From positions 186,930,001 to 186,994,000 of the forward strand of contig OZ024743.1 of the NCBI GenBank assembly GCA_964016885.1: a DNA stretch of 64,000 nt, given 5' to 3'. The notes under the pieces were generated by a model. It was not told where the DNA came from and did no database searches. It saw only the letters and a program-made list of their open reading frames with translations. This document shows positions 13,001 to 25,330 of this stretch, in pieces (within the stretch, counting starts at the first letter, position 1; the number at the start of each line of letters is the position of its first letter). The DNA is from Eledone cirrhosa (Eukaryota). The translations under genes were made by a program, and so were the position numbers.

Positions 13001-13436
13001 AGATCCCGTTCCAGTCGCCCACTAACACTAAAGAGCGGGACGTTCCAAGAAAGGTCTCCAGACGCCGGAAGAAATCAGGCCGCCCTGCACCTGTCGGGGC
13101 ATAGACGGCCACTAACCTGAAAGCTTGCTCGTCTCCGCTGGTCACGTCCAGCACCACCAACTTACCTTCTGGGTCCAGGAAGATGGCCCGTATGGCAAGA
13201 TCCAAACCTCTCCGAAAAAGCACAGCAACTCCTCCCCCCGATCCCGGACGACTGGGAGATGCGTACACATCGTAGCCGCCGAAGATCGGTGCGAAGGCCC
13301 GTGTTTCGGAGATTCTGGTCTCGCTGATGGCCACTACATCTATGTTTAGTGACCTGAGGTCGTTGAGCAGGTGGCCCTGCTTCCATGACGACCCCAAGCC
13401 ACGCGCATTTATGCTGCCCATTCTGAGTGAGGTCAT
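10040..13436 (-). pseudogene. LINE ORF2 (AP endonuclease + reverse transcriptase + C-terminal Cys/His finger), disrupted
   Basis: APE: SINARGL, ISETR, VYAP, GDWN, YLDRVF, ADHK. RT: KSPGLDG, FRPITLLN, LDQSKAFDRV, RQGCPLS, YADD, KLLGV. C-terminal CPRC..ETVLHALVQC. Frameshifts near 12910 and 11668; in-frame TGA near 11586 and at 10682-10684. Confidence 0.93.
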
Positions 13437-13470
13437 GTTGAAAAGGAGTGGAAAAGATGGGAAAGACCAC

Positions 13471-15165
13471 TTACCTTACTTCTCGTAGGGGAAGGGCGCT
13501 TTTTCCATCCTTTTCACTGCTTGTGGCCTCCTCAGGAAGGATGTCCTTATAAATTCTCCTGGAGAGTGCTTGTCGGAAGTCTCCAATGTCTTTGGGGAAT
13601 TTTTGTTTTAGTGTCATGTACGTTTTCTGTGTGATGCGAGTGATTTGTATGTGTGGAGGTGGTGTGAATTTTGGGGTTGTTGTGTAGTCTTTTTCTGTGA
13701 TGCTGGTGTTGTGTTGGATGTAGTGTAATAATTGCTTGTTGTTCAAATTTAATGCTGTGTAGTGTGTATCGTTTTGGTTGTTTTGTTTTGTTTGCGTTTG
13801 TTGTGGGTTTGTTTCTGTTTCGCATTTTGGTGACTTTTGTGGTGTAGGTGATGGTGGTGTTGGGGTTAATGATGGTGATGGTGTTGGTGTTTGGGTTGAT
13901 GGGGTTGGTGATGCTGGTGTGGATGGTGGCATATCTGTCCTAACTTTTTTGTTGCTTAATTTATTTGTTTCCCTCTGTATTTTGTTTTTGGAGGGGAAGG
14001 AAGAGAATTTTTTATTTTTTGGTTTCTTTTTTTTTCCGGATATCGTTTCCCACTCCTCGTCGTCACAATCTGTCTCCAGTTGTGATAGGCCGGGGAGTGG
14101 AAAATCCTCCACAGGCGTTAGTTTTGGTTGTGGCGTGGTGGATGGTGTAGGCGCTGGTGCTAGTTCTGAAGCGTTGGGTGGTGGTGGTGTTGGTTTTGCT
14201 ACTGTTGCTGGGGTTGTTGCTGTTATAGTTGCTTCTGTTGTTGCTGCTACATTTGTTGCTGCCATCTCTGCTACTGGTGGTGTTGTTGGTTGTGTCACTG
14301 GGGTGGGTAGGAGAGGTGGCCTCAACCTTTTAGCCTGAGGGCAGAAAGCCCTTAGGTGGGTTCCTTCACCACAAACGACACACCTAGGCCTTCTACCCTC
14401 GACAATTACGGTGAGGTGGCTGCCGTCAGTGAGGTCTATTACCTCTGGGATCTCCTCAATGCTTTTTTGGTCCGCTTGGATCAGGAGCTCCATCCCAGAT
14501 CCGGACCAGTTCTCCTGCTTTTCTTTTGCTATTGCTATTATTTTTGTGTTGCTTCGATGCCGGCGAGGACGGCCGCTATTAGCCAGGGAATTTCGATGGC
14601 CGGTGGAACGTGGGTCACCCTGATCTTTACGAGTCTCTGGCCACAATAGCTTGGGACGAGTGTGAAGTCGTCACTTCTTAATGGGGCCATCTCTAGCCTC
14701 CTCTGGTGTTTCAAAGAACACGTCCACGGTTCCATACTTCTGCCCACGTCTGATGTGGGTTTTTTTAATGTCATTGTTGTTGTTATTGCTATCGTTATTT
14801 TTGTTATTATTAATTTTAGTTTCAGTTGTGGTGGTGGTGACGTCAGTGAAAGTAGGTTTGGGAGAGTCTATTTTGGTTGAAAATATTTCGACATCACGAG
14901 TTGATTTATTTTTTCCTTTTGTTTCTGTTGTCGCGGTGGTGGTGCGGGTGGTGGTTGTCGCGGTGGTGGTGGTGGCGGCTTGAACACCTGCAGTCATTGG
15001 TAATGGCGGGAAATGAATGTCTGCCTGAGACAAATTTAAAATATTGCTAGTGCTTAAATTGTTTGTGTCGGAAGACGTATAATCATTTACAATGGTGGTG
15101 TCGGTGTGAGGTGTTAATTTGTGAGAAAGGCTTTCAGATGCTTGGTGCAGTGGTGAATTAGCCAT
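13471..15165 (-). pseudogene. LINE ORF1 (gag-like, zinc knuckle), frameshifted
   Basis: Spread over three frames (15165-14671, 14774-14538, 14646-13471); CVVCGEGTHLRAFC fits CX2CX4HX4C; long Thr/Pro-rich low-complexity regions; ends 34 nt before the ORF2 ATG. Confidence 0.85.
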
Positions 15166-15374
15166 TTTTATTCAAAGAAATTTTTTGATAATCATAAAAG
15201 TTTAAATTTTGGGCACAAGGCCCCAATCTTTTGGGGTGTCCTTTTCGGAAAACAATGTATGTGCGCTTATATATAGTTAACAATAAAAATTTTCCATAAA
15301 TGGCAATTTTTAACAAACGGAAATAACAAACCTTTGCGGAGCTCACGATGATACGATTTACTACGTAGGTCGCC

Positions 15375-15410
<36 letters not shown>

Positions 15411-15411
<1 letters not shown>

Positions 15412-15732
15412 CGAGAGTGCAAGAGAAGGAGAGGGAGAAAATTAACCGATACCAGGACTTAAAGTGGGAGGTAAAAAGGATTTGAAACTGCCATGAAGTC
15501 AAAGTGATCCCGATTGTCATAGGCGCACTAGGGACTATCTCAAAAAGTTTCCAGGGATGGTTAAAGAAAATTGGCCCCTTCACGCTTTTTGGAACGCTTC
15601 AAAAGGCATGCTTGCTGGGAACAGCAAGAACCCTCCGATACGTCCTGAATATCTGAGGCTGCAGGTAGTGGCTTGATATTCATCTCAACAAACTTTCCAG
15701 TTAACTAACATCAATGACTGAGACTCAAACAG
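15411..15732 (+). mobile_element. Severely 5'-truncated R4/Dong-like element (3' end)
   Basis: Close match to 17264-17555 (EKINRYQDL..LQKACLLGTARTLRYVLNI*); (TAA)n on both sides. Confidence 0.9.
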
Positions 15733-15783
15733 TAATAATAATAATAATAATGATTTCTTTATTATTATTATTATTATTATTAT

Positions 15784-15840
<57 letters not shown>
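15733..15840. repeat. (TAA)n / (TTA)n / (TAA)n microsatellite with polarity switch
   Basis: (TAA)n, GATTTCTTT, then (ATT)n abutting (AAT)n. Confidence 0.95.
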
Positions 15841-15842
<2 letters not shown>

Positions 15843-17555
15843 GATCTTCAGGGTGGCAGATAACATCAGACAGTTGTTGAGCAAAAGTATGAAGTCCTGG
15901 AAAACAGAGTTAACATCAGCTGCAGAATCATTGGGAGGTGTGAAGATCAAGAGAGGTATCTTCCAGGGAGATAGTCTGTCCCCTCTGTTGTTTGTCCTTG
16001 CCCTGATGCCCCTGACCATTATACTGCGAAAAGTGAGAGCAGGATACAAGTTGGGAAAGGGAGAGCTTACCATCAATCACCTCCTTTTCATGGATGATCT
16101 TAAGCTCTTCGGGAAGAGTGAGAAGGAGTTGGATGTGCTTGTTGACACTGTCCGTATTTTCAGCAATAATATATGTATGCAATTTGGTATTAGTAAGTAT
16201 GGAGTCCTTGTGATGAAGAGGGGGTAAATTGAGCAGAAGCAACGGAATCCAGGTACCAACAGGTGAGATGATAAAGGAAATTGATGCTGAAGAGGGATGC
16301 AAATATTTAGGTGTTCTGGAGGCTGATGACATCAAGAACAAAAAAATGAAGGAATTGATAAGATCTGAATACATTCGGAGAGTAAGGAGCGTATTAAAGT
16401 CAGTAGGAATGCCATAAGTGCAGTAAATTCCCGAGCTGTGTCTATTATTAGGTACAGTGCAGGAATTCTGAGATGGAATGTTGCTGAACAAAAAGAAATG
16501 GATAGGAAGACGAGGAAGCTATTGACTATCTACAACATGTTCCACAAAAGGAGTGATGTTGATAAACTCTACTTAAGGAGATCTGAAGGTGAAAGAGGTC
16601 TCATCAGCATAGAGGACTGTGTTCAGATGGAGAAAAACAACCATACATGACTGATAGTAGGGAGCCAATGCTCAGAAATGTACTGAAGGAGAGGACAATA
16701 GACCATGGGATGTCCAAGGAGGAAATAACAACAAGGAGAAAGAGCAACCTTCATGAAAAATCCCTTCATAGTGCCTTCTTTGAGAAAACTGAATTTAGAG
16801 ATCCCCAGACATGGAACTGGTTGAAAAGAGGAGACCTTAAACAGGCTACAGAAGGAATGCTAATGGGCGCGCAAGAGCAGGCCCTCAAAACGAAGTGGCT
16901 GAAACACCATATTTACAAGGAGGAGGCTAGCCCACTGTGTAGGATCTGTGGAGAGAGAGAGGAGACTGTGGCTCACATTGTATCCGAGTGTAAACACCTA
17001 GCCCAGACTCACTATAAAGGCTGGAGACATGATGTGATGGGCAGGGTGATCCACTGGCACCTATGCAAAGTAAACAATTTACCACATTCTGAGAAGTGGT
17101 ATGAGCATAAGCCAGAGTCAGTGATAGGAAACGATCAGGTGAAGGTGCTGTGGGATTTTAGGATACAGACGGACAAGAAACTGGAACACAATAGACCTGA
17201 CCTGGTGGTTTTGGACAAGGGAAAAAGATCGTGCCTGATTGTGAATGTAGCCTGCCCATTCGACACGAGAGTGCAAGAGAAGGAGAGGGAGAAAATTAAC
17301 AGATACCAAGACTTAAAGTGGGAGGTAAAAAGGATTTGAAACTGCCATAAGGTCAAAGTGGTCCCGATTGTCATAGGCGCACTAGGTACTATCTCAAAGA
17401 GTTTCCAAGGATGGTTAAAGAAAATTGGTGCCGCCCTGCTTTTTGGAACACTTCAAAACGCATGCTTGCTGGGAACAGCAAGAACCCTCCGATATGTCCT
17501 GAATATCTGAGGCTGTAGGTAGTGGCTTGATATCAATGACTGAGACTCAATAAAC
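15841..17555 (+). mobile_element. 5'-truncated R4/Dong-like non-LTR retrotransposon (RT + CCHC + restriction-like endonuclease), disrupted
   Basis: RGIFQGDSLSPLLF, HLLFMDDLKLF, KYLGV; CRICGEREETVAHIVSEC, RHD, RPDLVV..VNVACP (second catalytic Asp appears as Asn), EKINRYQDL; several frameshifts and stops; (TAA)n flanks as known for Dong. Confidence 0.92.
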
Positions 17556-17580
17556 AATAATAATAATAATAATAATAATA

Positions 17581-17760
17581 TTGAAATTATTATGTACAGT
17601 GCTTAGGTGCACTACAACTCATCAAAGGTGCATGTATAGTACATAGAATAATGTACAAATGTCAGAAAAATGATTGAACAGTGTATGAGTCATGATATAC
17701 ATGTGTGCATGTGTATGGAGGGGGATATCAGGTATAGTGTTGGCAAATTTCAGGAAGCAT
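17581..17760 (-). mobile_element. 3' end of a CR1/L2-like LINE with (ATT)n tail
   Basis: Reverse-complement match to 63340-63517; terminal AGTGCA(C/G)CT(A/G)AGCACT stem-loop followed by ATTTCA(A)T(ATT)n. Clade assignment is inference. Confidence 0.65.
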
Positions 17761-19069
17761 TTTTAAAATAGCAAAAACAATCCAGGCTGGTTGCTAGAAA
17801 TTTTATATTTTCATGTATTGTTTAGAGCAAATTCTCTATCATAGGAAGAGAAGTAAACTTTAAAAAAAAATCAAATGGGGAAAGTTTTAACTGATTTGTC
17901 TTGAGTTTGAGTCATGCATTTACATAATATAAAATATGCTTTTCCTGGAGACACAATATAATCTTGCAGTTATTCTAATCTATGTGGTATTAAAGAAAGA
18001 GAGGATTATGAACTATTACTTTTAATGTGGAAACTCAAGACACTATTCTGAGGTTACAATCCACAATAACCTCCATTTTATTACAAGCTCATTCATTCTA
18101 GAAATAATAACGCAAGTATATTTCTTGATATCTAGATACTTATAAAAGTAGCATTGCAATATCCTTTACTGCCAGTGTACAGTAATTGATGATCATATAA
18201 CTGAAATTAAATATCAGGTCACAATAGTTTGTTTTTTTTTCAGTCTTAATGTTGTGCATATTTCTAATAATGTTCAATACTCTATTTTGTTAGGAAAGAA
18301 ATATGCATTTGAAAGAAAGACACTTTCTAGATTTTCTTGTTTCTTTCGTACTAAAATACACAGGGGTATCTTCAAATGTGTTGTCATTCTATATGGAAAC
18401 AAATAGGTAGTTGTCTGGGTTATCAATAGAAAAAAAAACAACCTAAAATAATCAAGATAGTGTCTATCAGAGTCATGTAGAAGAATTGAAATGTTATCTT
18501 TCTGTCTGTCAGCCATTTTATGTACATACAACTGATTAATATATATGTGTAGATTAGTTGCATTGCTCATATGTTACAAAAGAAAGCAATCTATGTGTGC
18601 AAAATGAAAAAAACTTATTATAATAGTCAGATGCTATGTATTTTCCACAACTTGTTTTAAAAATATAACAAAATCAACTAGAAAAACATTTCGAAGGAAA
18701 AGAGGAGAAACCTCTTTCTAGGCATTCATTTATTTCCTTCATCAGCTTTGTTCATTTTTTTCTCTCTAAGTAAAATAGAAGTTGCTGAATGCTTTGCCCA
18801 CAGGCATTACTAGTTCAAAACATGCCATATGCATTTTTCATCATGCCTAAGACACTAAATTATATATATCATGCTGGAAAACAGTAATCATACTTTGGTA
18901 TTAAAAACCTTTGGTAACAAATCTGACCTATCATCTCTTAAAGCTGAATCTTGTCGCTATTCTCATCCTATTGGGACTACTAGGAACAAAAGAGTTAAAA
19001 TATTTTTCAAAAAATTACCTTTCACTTTTTGTTTTAATCGTCATATAAAATAGGTTTTTACATGGTTAT

Positions 19070-19448
19070 TTTACCTGCCAGAAATGCCAACCAAATCTCC
19101 CTCAAATCACACCTTAAAAAAGGAAATGGCATACATTAGATCAGTGATGCACAACCTTTTACAGAAGGTAACCCACAAAATTCATGAGGAAAACTTCATG
19201 GATCAACAAATATAAATTCCTTCTTAACTGCATTATTCAATACAGTAGTAGATATAAATTTCTACAGACCAGCAAATGTTTGATATGGACCACTGATAGT
19301 CTATCTGGACTATGTTATGTCTCACTGCATTAGATAATATAATCCTTGATAATCCTACCAAAAAAAGGTAGGGTGGTTGATATTAGGTGAAATGCCTTTC
19401 GTCATCAGTTTGCTCTATCAGCTTGAACTCAGAGCTAAAACAACAACT
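19070..19448 (-). repeat. Old unclassified interspersed repeat (interrupted by a MITE)
   Basis: Motifs GTGTGATTTG..GATTTGGCTGCTATTTCTAGCAG and GAGCAGACCTATGATCAAAGG recur near 3060-3150, 30730-30900, 34400-34500, 36940-37070, 37625-37730, 52020-52170 and 58095-58250. Confidence 0.6.
19142..19327. mobile_element. hAT-family MITE
   Basis: Termini CAGTGA...TCACTG; perfect 8-bp TSD CATTAGAT at 19134-19141 and 19328-19335. Confidence 0.85.
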
Positions 19449-20379
19449 GTCATTATCTGGAATAATTATTCAATTCAGTATTCATGCCTACCTTTATCTA
19501 TGGTCATAAGGTAAGGCATCTTGGGTAATTAACACCACACAAAAACTGGAATGCTATCTCTCACGGACACAGTTTCTGTCTATAAAACTTCACTCACAAG
19601 AATTTGGCTGACCAGATTCTAATAGAAGATACTCCTTCAAAGTGTCAAATTGTGAGATTGAACCCCCAAACTACATAGTTATGAGGCAAACCTCTTAGGT
19701 TCATGTATAAACAGATATACCTAGATTATAATTAGAAATGGTTATACTTTTGAGAAATGCAAAATGATTCTACAAACCGGATTCTTAACATTCTTGTCAA
19801 CTGAATACAACTTTATAACTTCATTAAATGGTTTTTGATTACAATAAGATGAATATATTGAATAAAAAAAAACTTTCAGAGGAAATTCTAAAAGCACGAT
19901 CCGTTTATTTTCCTTGTCATATTTTATAAAAGGATATTCACAGCTGTGAGATTTTTCTGTATTAATTTCATTTTTATGTCATGATATTTATAAATCCTAT
20001 TTCATGAGATAAATAAATTGTATTAAAATGAACTAAAAACAGGTGAATACACACAACAAAATATTTAAAAGCTTAGATTTTCATATAATTCAAAAAGTTT
20101 TTGAGACAATGTAATAGGCAGCACTATTGCAACTTAGTCAACATAGAGTGTGAAGAGTTTAAGAAATTGCAATGCAGTTGACCTACTTTGGAATCTACCC
20201 AAGTCAGTAGCCAATCAATCCAAATAGAATTTAAATTTAAAATCTCAGAAAAGATTCATCTATAAATACAATTAGTAAATGGAAACTTTGAGAAACCTTT
20301 AAAAAATAATGAATTAAATAAAAGTGAAATAAAATAAGCAAATACTATTATTGATTTAACAGTAATGGCTTCTTGTATA

Positions 20380-20795
20380 CTTTTTAAGCTGTTTCTGTCT
20401 TCAGAAATACATAAGAGGAATGTATGCTGCATTTTATTTGTTTACTTGATGAGAGGGTGGTGGCAGTGCCCAAAGTGTTTATAGACCCTCATAGACAGAG
20501 GTTGGTGGTTGTGAGATGGATGTTTGCAGTTGGTGCAATAAATGTTTAATTTGAACTTTTGCAGGTTAGTAGTTAGAAGGAATACTTGTGCAATGAAAGA
20601 GTTTCAAATGCATACAAGAGATCAAGGCAAAGTGTCAGCTGGAGTGAGTGGTAAGAAGAGGTGATGTGGATGTAGTAAGAGAATGTAGGTAATTTAGAGA
20701 GGGATGAGTGAGTTCAAGGCAGTGGAAGACATTATAGTTGTGTTAAAAATTGTATGAATTTCTTTAGATTTAGTTTAAGCTTATCAGCACAATGT
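20380..20795 (-). mobile_element. Highly decayed LINE RT remnant (CR1/L2-like)
   Basis: Minus-strand translation HCADKLKLNLKK resembles the WCxxNxLxLNxxK RT motif; strand-skewed composition. Confidence 0.35.
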
Positions 20796-21284
20796 TAAAA
20801 TGTTTCAGAATTTGTAAATTCTAAAAGAAAAAAAAAATAGTTTTCTTGTTGGCTGCTATTAAATGTAATTTCCACATTTAAATAAATTAGCTGATCCTTT
20901 AAAAAAACATAAAAGAATACAATGAAAAGACTTGTACAATATCAAAAGTTTCAAGTCTTTTATAGAAAAAGGCAAGAATTTTAAGAAGGTAACATCCTCC
21001 CTTCACACACACTAAAGAACACGTTATAGGCTTTTCAACACATTCTACATTGAAACAGTAGCAAGCTTTGGACATCTCTTGACAATGATTACAATGGCCT
21101 CTGTTTTGCAAATCCTACCAATTCTATACTTAATCTTACTTAATGATTATTTATCTCTTGTTTCATTATCCCCCATTGTGTCTAAATCAGGGTTTCTCAG
21201 CATTTGTTCATTACTCATACAACAACTTGTATATACATTCACCCACATTTCTCTATATGGGTTATATATGGAACACATAATGGA

Positions 21285-21791
21285 GTAAAAGAGGCACCAT
21301 TGTGACATATAGCATCTTGGGCACATTAAGCTTGATGAAGCCTATTTTCATTCCATGTCTGAACACAGCTGCTTTATTCGAGAGAAAGAGAGAGAGGGGG
21401 AATAGAAAGAAAGTGATAAAGTTATATGGAAGAAGAATTGATCCCAATACTGTACTGGTACCTTTTTTATCTACCTCCAAGAATGAAAGGCAGAGCTGAG
21501 CATGGAAGGAATTATACTTAGAGAGCACAGAGTGTTGGATTGAATATTGTAAAGCTTTCTATCCAACATTATAACAACGCAGTGAATTCGCAGTATCGGT
21601 AGAGGGTTGGATGCCATGCTTTCTAGCATAGTTACGTCCCTTTACAGTCTGAGTTCAAATCCTGCCGAGGCTAACTTTGCCTTTCATCCTTACGGGGTCG
21701 ATAAAATAAAGTACCAGTAATGTACTGGGTGATTGCTGGCCTTGTGCCTAAAAGTAGAAACAATTATAACAACTCTGCCAATTCACTGCCT
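21285..21791 (-). mobile_element. Older long-tailed SINE interrupted by a young SINE
   Basis: CCATGTCTGAACACAGCTG body and tRNA-like head split by the insertion at 21579-21762. Confidence 0.7.
21579..21762 (+). mobile_element. Young short SINE
   Basis: Full family sequence; 11-bp TSD ATTATAACAAC at 21568-21578 and 21763-21773. Confidence 0.9.
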
Positions 21792-22049
21792 ATTGGGTTA
21801 TGTACATAATGTATAGCAAAGAAGCTATAAAATTCGTCAGTAGACATGCTGATGTTATCTTAGTAAAACTTATTGGATATCCGACCTACTTGTAAATATG
21901 TACATTAAAGTCCAAATCAATGCCTCCAATAAAATATTAGTATGTTACATACCATAGTATTGTTACACACCATATATGACATACCATAATACTGTAATGC
22001 ACCATATATTATATAGAATATTACTCTTGTATGCTATATATTATAATGA

Positions 22050-22258
22050 CTTCTAATTTATGCACAGGGCCAGAAATTTGGGGGAAGGGGACAGTTGATT
22101 TAAATCAACCCCAGTACTTGACTGCTACTTTATTGATCCCAGAAAAATGAAAGGTAAAGTTGACCCCAGTAAGATTTGAACTCAGAACATTAAGAGCCAG
22201 AAAAATACAGCAAAGAATGTGTTTAACACTCTAATGATTCTGCCAATCCACCACCTTC
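22050..22258 (-). mobile_element. SINE, older copy
   Basis: GATTTGAACTCAG and TGCCAATCCACC head motifs; TATATTATAAT on both flanks. Confidence 0.8.
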
Positions 22259-23806
22259 ACTTGTATATTATAATAAAATACTGTAGAATACATTAGTGAT
22301 ATAAAGAAATAGCCAGTGATGACACCAACCTTAAATGGCTAACAGTGAAATGGTGAGTATGTTATACTATTTACAATAAGGTTAGACTATCATCCCCTTA
22401 ATGAGCCCTTATACAGTGAACAGACCGACAGGACAATGTACTAAGCTATTGGAATCTTCATGCTTTTGCAGCTATTCACATATTATCCACTTGTTACCCA
22501 CAATAACATTGTATGTGGGACTAGGTGTTTTTTTCTGTTGTAGATGTTTTACAACCATAATATTCAGCTGCTAAATATTGTATCGGAACATAATTTATCT
22601 CTATGGCTCTACCAGCAAAAAGAATTAAATGTAATGCAATTTTCAATCAGCAACTTGTTGCATTTGTTATCTCTTGAAACAACAGTACTGTAGTGAAGAA
22701 ATATAGAGAAAATGAAAAAATAGTACATGATTGGAAGAAAAGAGAAGCCTCTCGGAAAAAGATATCTCAGAAGAAATATGCTGCAAGAAGCAACATCTAC
22801 CACTGGCTGAATTAAAAATTACTTAGAATGTTAGGTCTCTGAAAACCATAAAAGAGGCTAAAGAATTACCAGAAGTGGCATACAAACTAAAGTACTTAAA
22901 TAGGCAAAATTCACATTCAGATGAAAGCAAAGGTTTTAAGGCAACTATAAACTGGCATTTCTGCTTTATGAAGAGGAAAGATTTGGTGTTGCAACAGAAG
23001 ATTAAAATTACACAGAAACTCTCTGTAGACTTCGATAACAAAATAAACAAAATTATAAAACATATATGAATTAATGTTTTTAAAATTACAGCAGAGTATC
23101 TGAAGGTTATAACTGGCAGAGTTGTTAGGGAGTCAGTCAATTTTGCCTTTCATTCTTTCAAGGTTGATAAAAGGTTGATAATGAAGTACAAATCCAGTAC
23201 TGGGATTCATTCCTCCGCTATATCTTTTCCTCACTTTCTCTTTATTTCTCTCTTGCTCCTTCTCTGGAAGAAATCAGCTGTGTTAAAACCGACAAGTTTA
23301 AAATGCCAAAGGGACATGTGTCATGATGACACCCCTACAACTCAATCCAGATTTACAGGTACATGCAGACATCTATGAGTTCAGGTATCAACAGTATAAT
23401 ATGGTAACTTTCAAGTAACATTTCTTTTAAAATTATATTGTACCTTATAAGCACAGTAATTATGCCAACATTTGTATATTCAAGAAACTGCCATGATACA
23501 TCATTACATTGTCATTACTCCCATAGTGTATATTGTCCATGATTACTCTTTAAAATCAGAATTACACTAGCTACATATAGTAGATACAAATACTGCATAT
23601 TAACTGCTATGATAAATACAGGTTTTGTGAATCCCAATAGCTATAGAGATTTATGATAATGTATATTCATGATAGAATGGGTTCTCTGAAATTGCACAGA
23701 TGATATGCGTGTCATAGTTGTCTGAGTGGTCACCTGGGTTAAATGGCATACTGTTTACTGTCAGTGTATCAGCTGTGGGAAACAGAGTGTGCTGTAAGCA
23801 TTAGTA

Positions 23807-23982
23807 CAAGGTTCAGCTGAAAAGTTCAGAGGCTGACCAAACGTAGTTTATTTTTCAACATACTCCTTGAAAAGAAACAATGCAGTTATTAATAAAAAGA
23901 GTTGAAATTAATGCATGCAAGATTTCACAGCTCTAGCATCTTTCCTTCATAGTCAGCTTATGTACTTTTCAGCCAACCTTCA
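23807..23982. mobile_element. Tc1/mariner-derived MITE
   Basis: Imperfect ~30-bp TIRs (GCTGAAAAGTTCAGAGGCTGAC / GTCAGCTTATGTACTTTTCAGC) bounded by TA on both sides. Confidence 0.75.
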
Positions 23983-24789
23983 TATAATACTGAATTTGTG
24001 TTGCCATTTTAATATTAATATCTGTGTTAATATGCTATATATGTTCACAAAACATGAGTTCAAAGTATATGTGACAGAATGTTAGAGTTGTGACAAATGG
24101 TACACAGCAATTGTTAGGAGCCAATCTGTGGTGAATGATCCCATTTTATCTTTGCTATAGAAATCAACCACTAGTTTTGTAGAGATTTTTCTAGTTTAAA
24201 TAATTGATATGTATGCCACAATGTTTGGTAAATAAATATAAATAAAGGAAGGGTTCCATTGGCTAAGCATTACCTCAGTAATGTAAATACATACAAATGA
24301 AGATGCATGCAAATATGAGAAAAGCAATAGAATAGTTAATTCTTCCTTTATATTAAGTACTCATAGATTTTGAGCAACAGACATGGTGAATGGTGTTCAC
24401 CACTTCATGTAGCAACAAAAAGAAAAAGAAACTAGGCTGCAGGAACTTACAGGTACTATTAATCCTTTCATTACCATATTTCTAACACCCTGCGATTTTC
24501 AAATAACTTTGAAAATAATCAAGAATTTGGAGGCATTTATTAATATAACTAACTTTCCTATTATTATGTTGGTGTTTGGAACTTAGAAAAAGGAACTTAC
24601 ATAAAATTATAATGAAAACTACTAAGGTAGATATGAACACTTTAAAATAAACAGGTTAGTATTGTAATACTAGAGGCTGTTTCATGCAGTTTAGTATTAA
24701 GCAAGTTAAGGTTAGCCAAAGATACTGGGACTGGGAAAATGTACAGTAGGCCTACTAGATAGTTTATAGTTACTGAAAATGCATGTCCT

Positions 24790-25110
24790 AACACCCCACC
24801 CCTCACCCACATCCTTAGATTTACTTCCTCAATCCCCATACACCTCCCTCATCGCAGCCCTCAATCCACACTGTAAAGTGGTCATGTAGGTATCATAATC
24901 ACATAGGTGTGATGACAAAAAGCACCCAATACACACTGTACATGTGGCTGGCATTAGAAGACCATCCTGTCATAAAAATCAAGCCAGAATCAATTCTGTT
25001 TGAGAAAGAAACAGTCATCTAACCTGTCATTACTCTCAATGGGACAGCTTGTCTAACCTATGCTAACAAGGAAAATGGACGTTAAACAGTGATGATGATG
25101 ATAATGATAA
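24790..25110 (+). mobile_element. RTE LINE 3'UTR fragment
   Basis: CACACTGTAAAGTGG, AAAAAGCACCCA, AATCAAGCCAGAATC motifs and (GAT)n tail. Confidence 0.75.
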
Positions 25111-25134
25111 CTATTACTCTAGGAAATACATTAT

Positions 25135-25330
25135 TTCAATTTGTTATCGAGGAACTTCTCTTGGCTGCAATGCATTGCATATGTGACCCCATTATCCACA
25201 CTTACTTAACAATGACAATTGATGCTTTGATTAAATGGCCATTGACCACAATTCATTAATGTTCTTCAGTGTTTCGATTTTTCCTTACATGTGGACAAGT
25301 CAACAGTTGTGTACAGTCAATACTTGATGT
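25135..25330 (-). mobile_element. Possible Tc1/mariner transposase C-terminal remnant
   Basis: Minus-strand CIAAKRS resembles the CIAAxGxxF C-terminus; heavily decayed. Confidence 0.3.

Larger units (their letters stand above)
9797..15374 (-). mobile_element. Full-length Tx1/L1-group non-LTR retrotransposon inserted in (TAA)n
   Basis: 5'UTR, ORF1 with CCHC knuckle, ORF2 with APE-RT-CCHC, AATAAA at 9803-9808 (minus) and (ATT)n tail; (AAT)n on both flanks. Confidence 0.92.

Noticed and set aside
9989-14983. Plus-strand ORFs of 70-186 aa overlapping the LINE
   Set aside because: Antisense shadows of GC-rich or low-complexity LINE coding sequence with no recognisable motifs.
15158-16491. Minus-strand ORFs with poly-Leu
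   Set aside because: Poly-Leu comes from (TTA)n; the rest is antisense to the Dong-like element.
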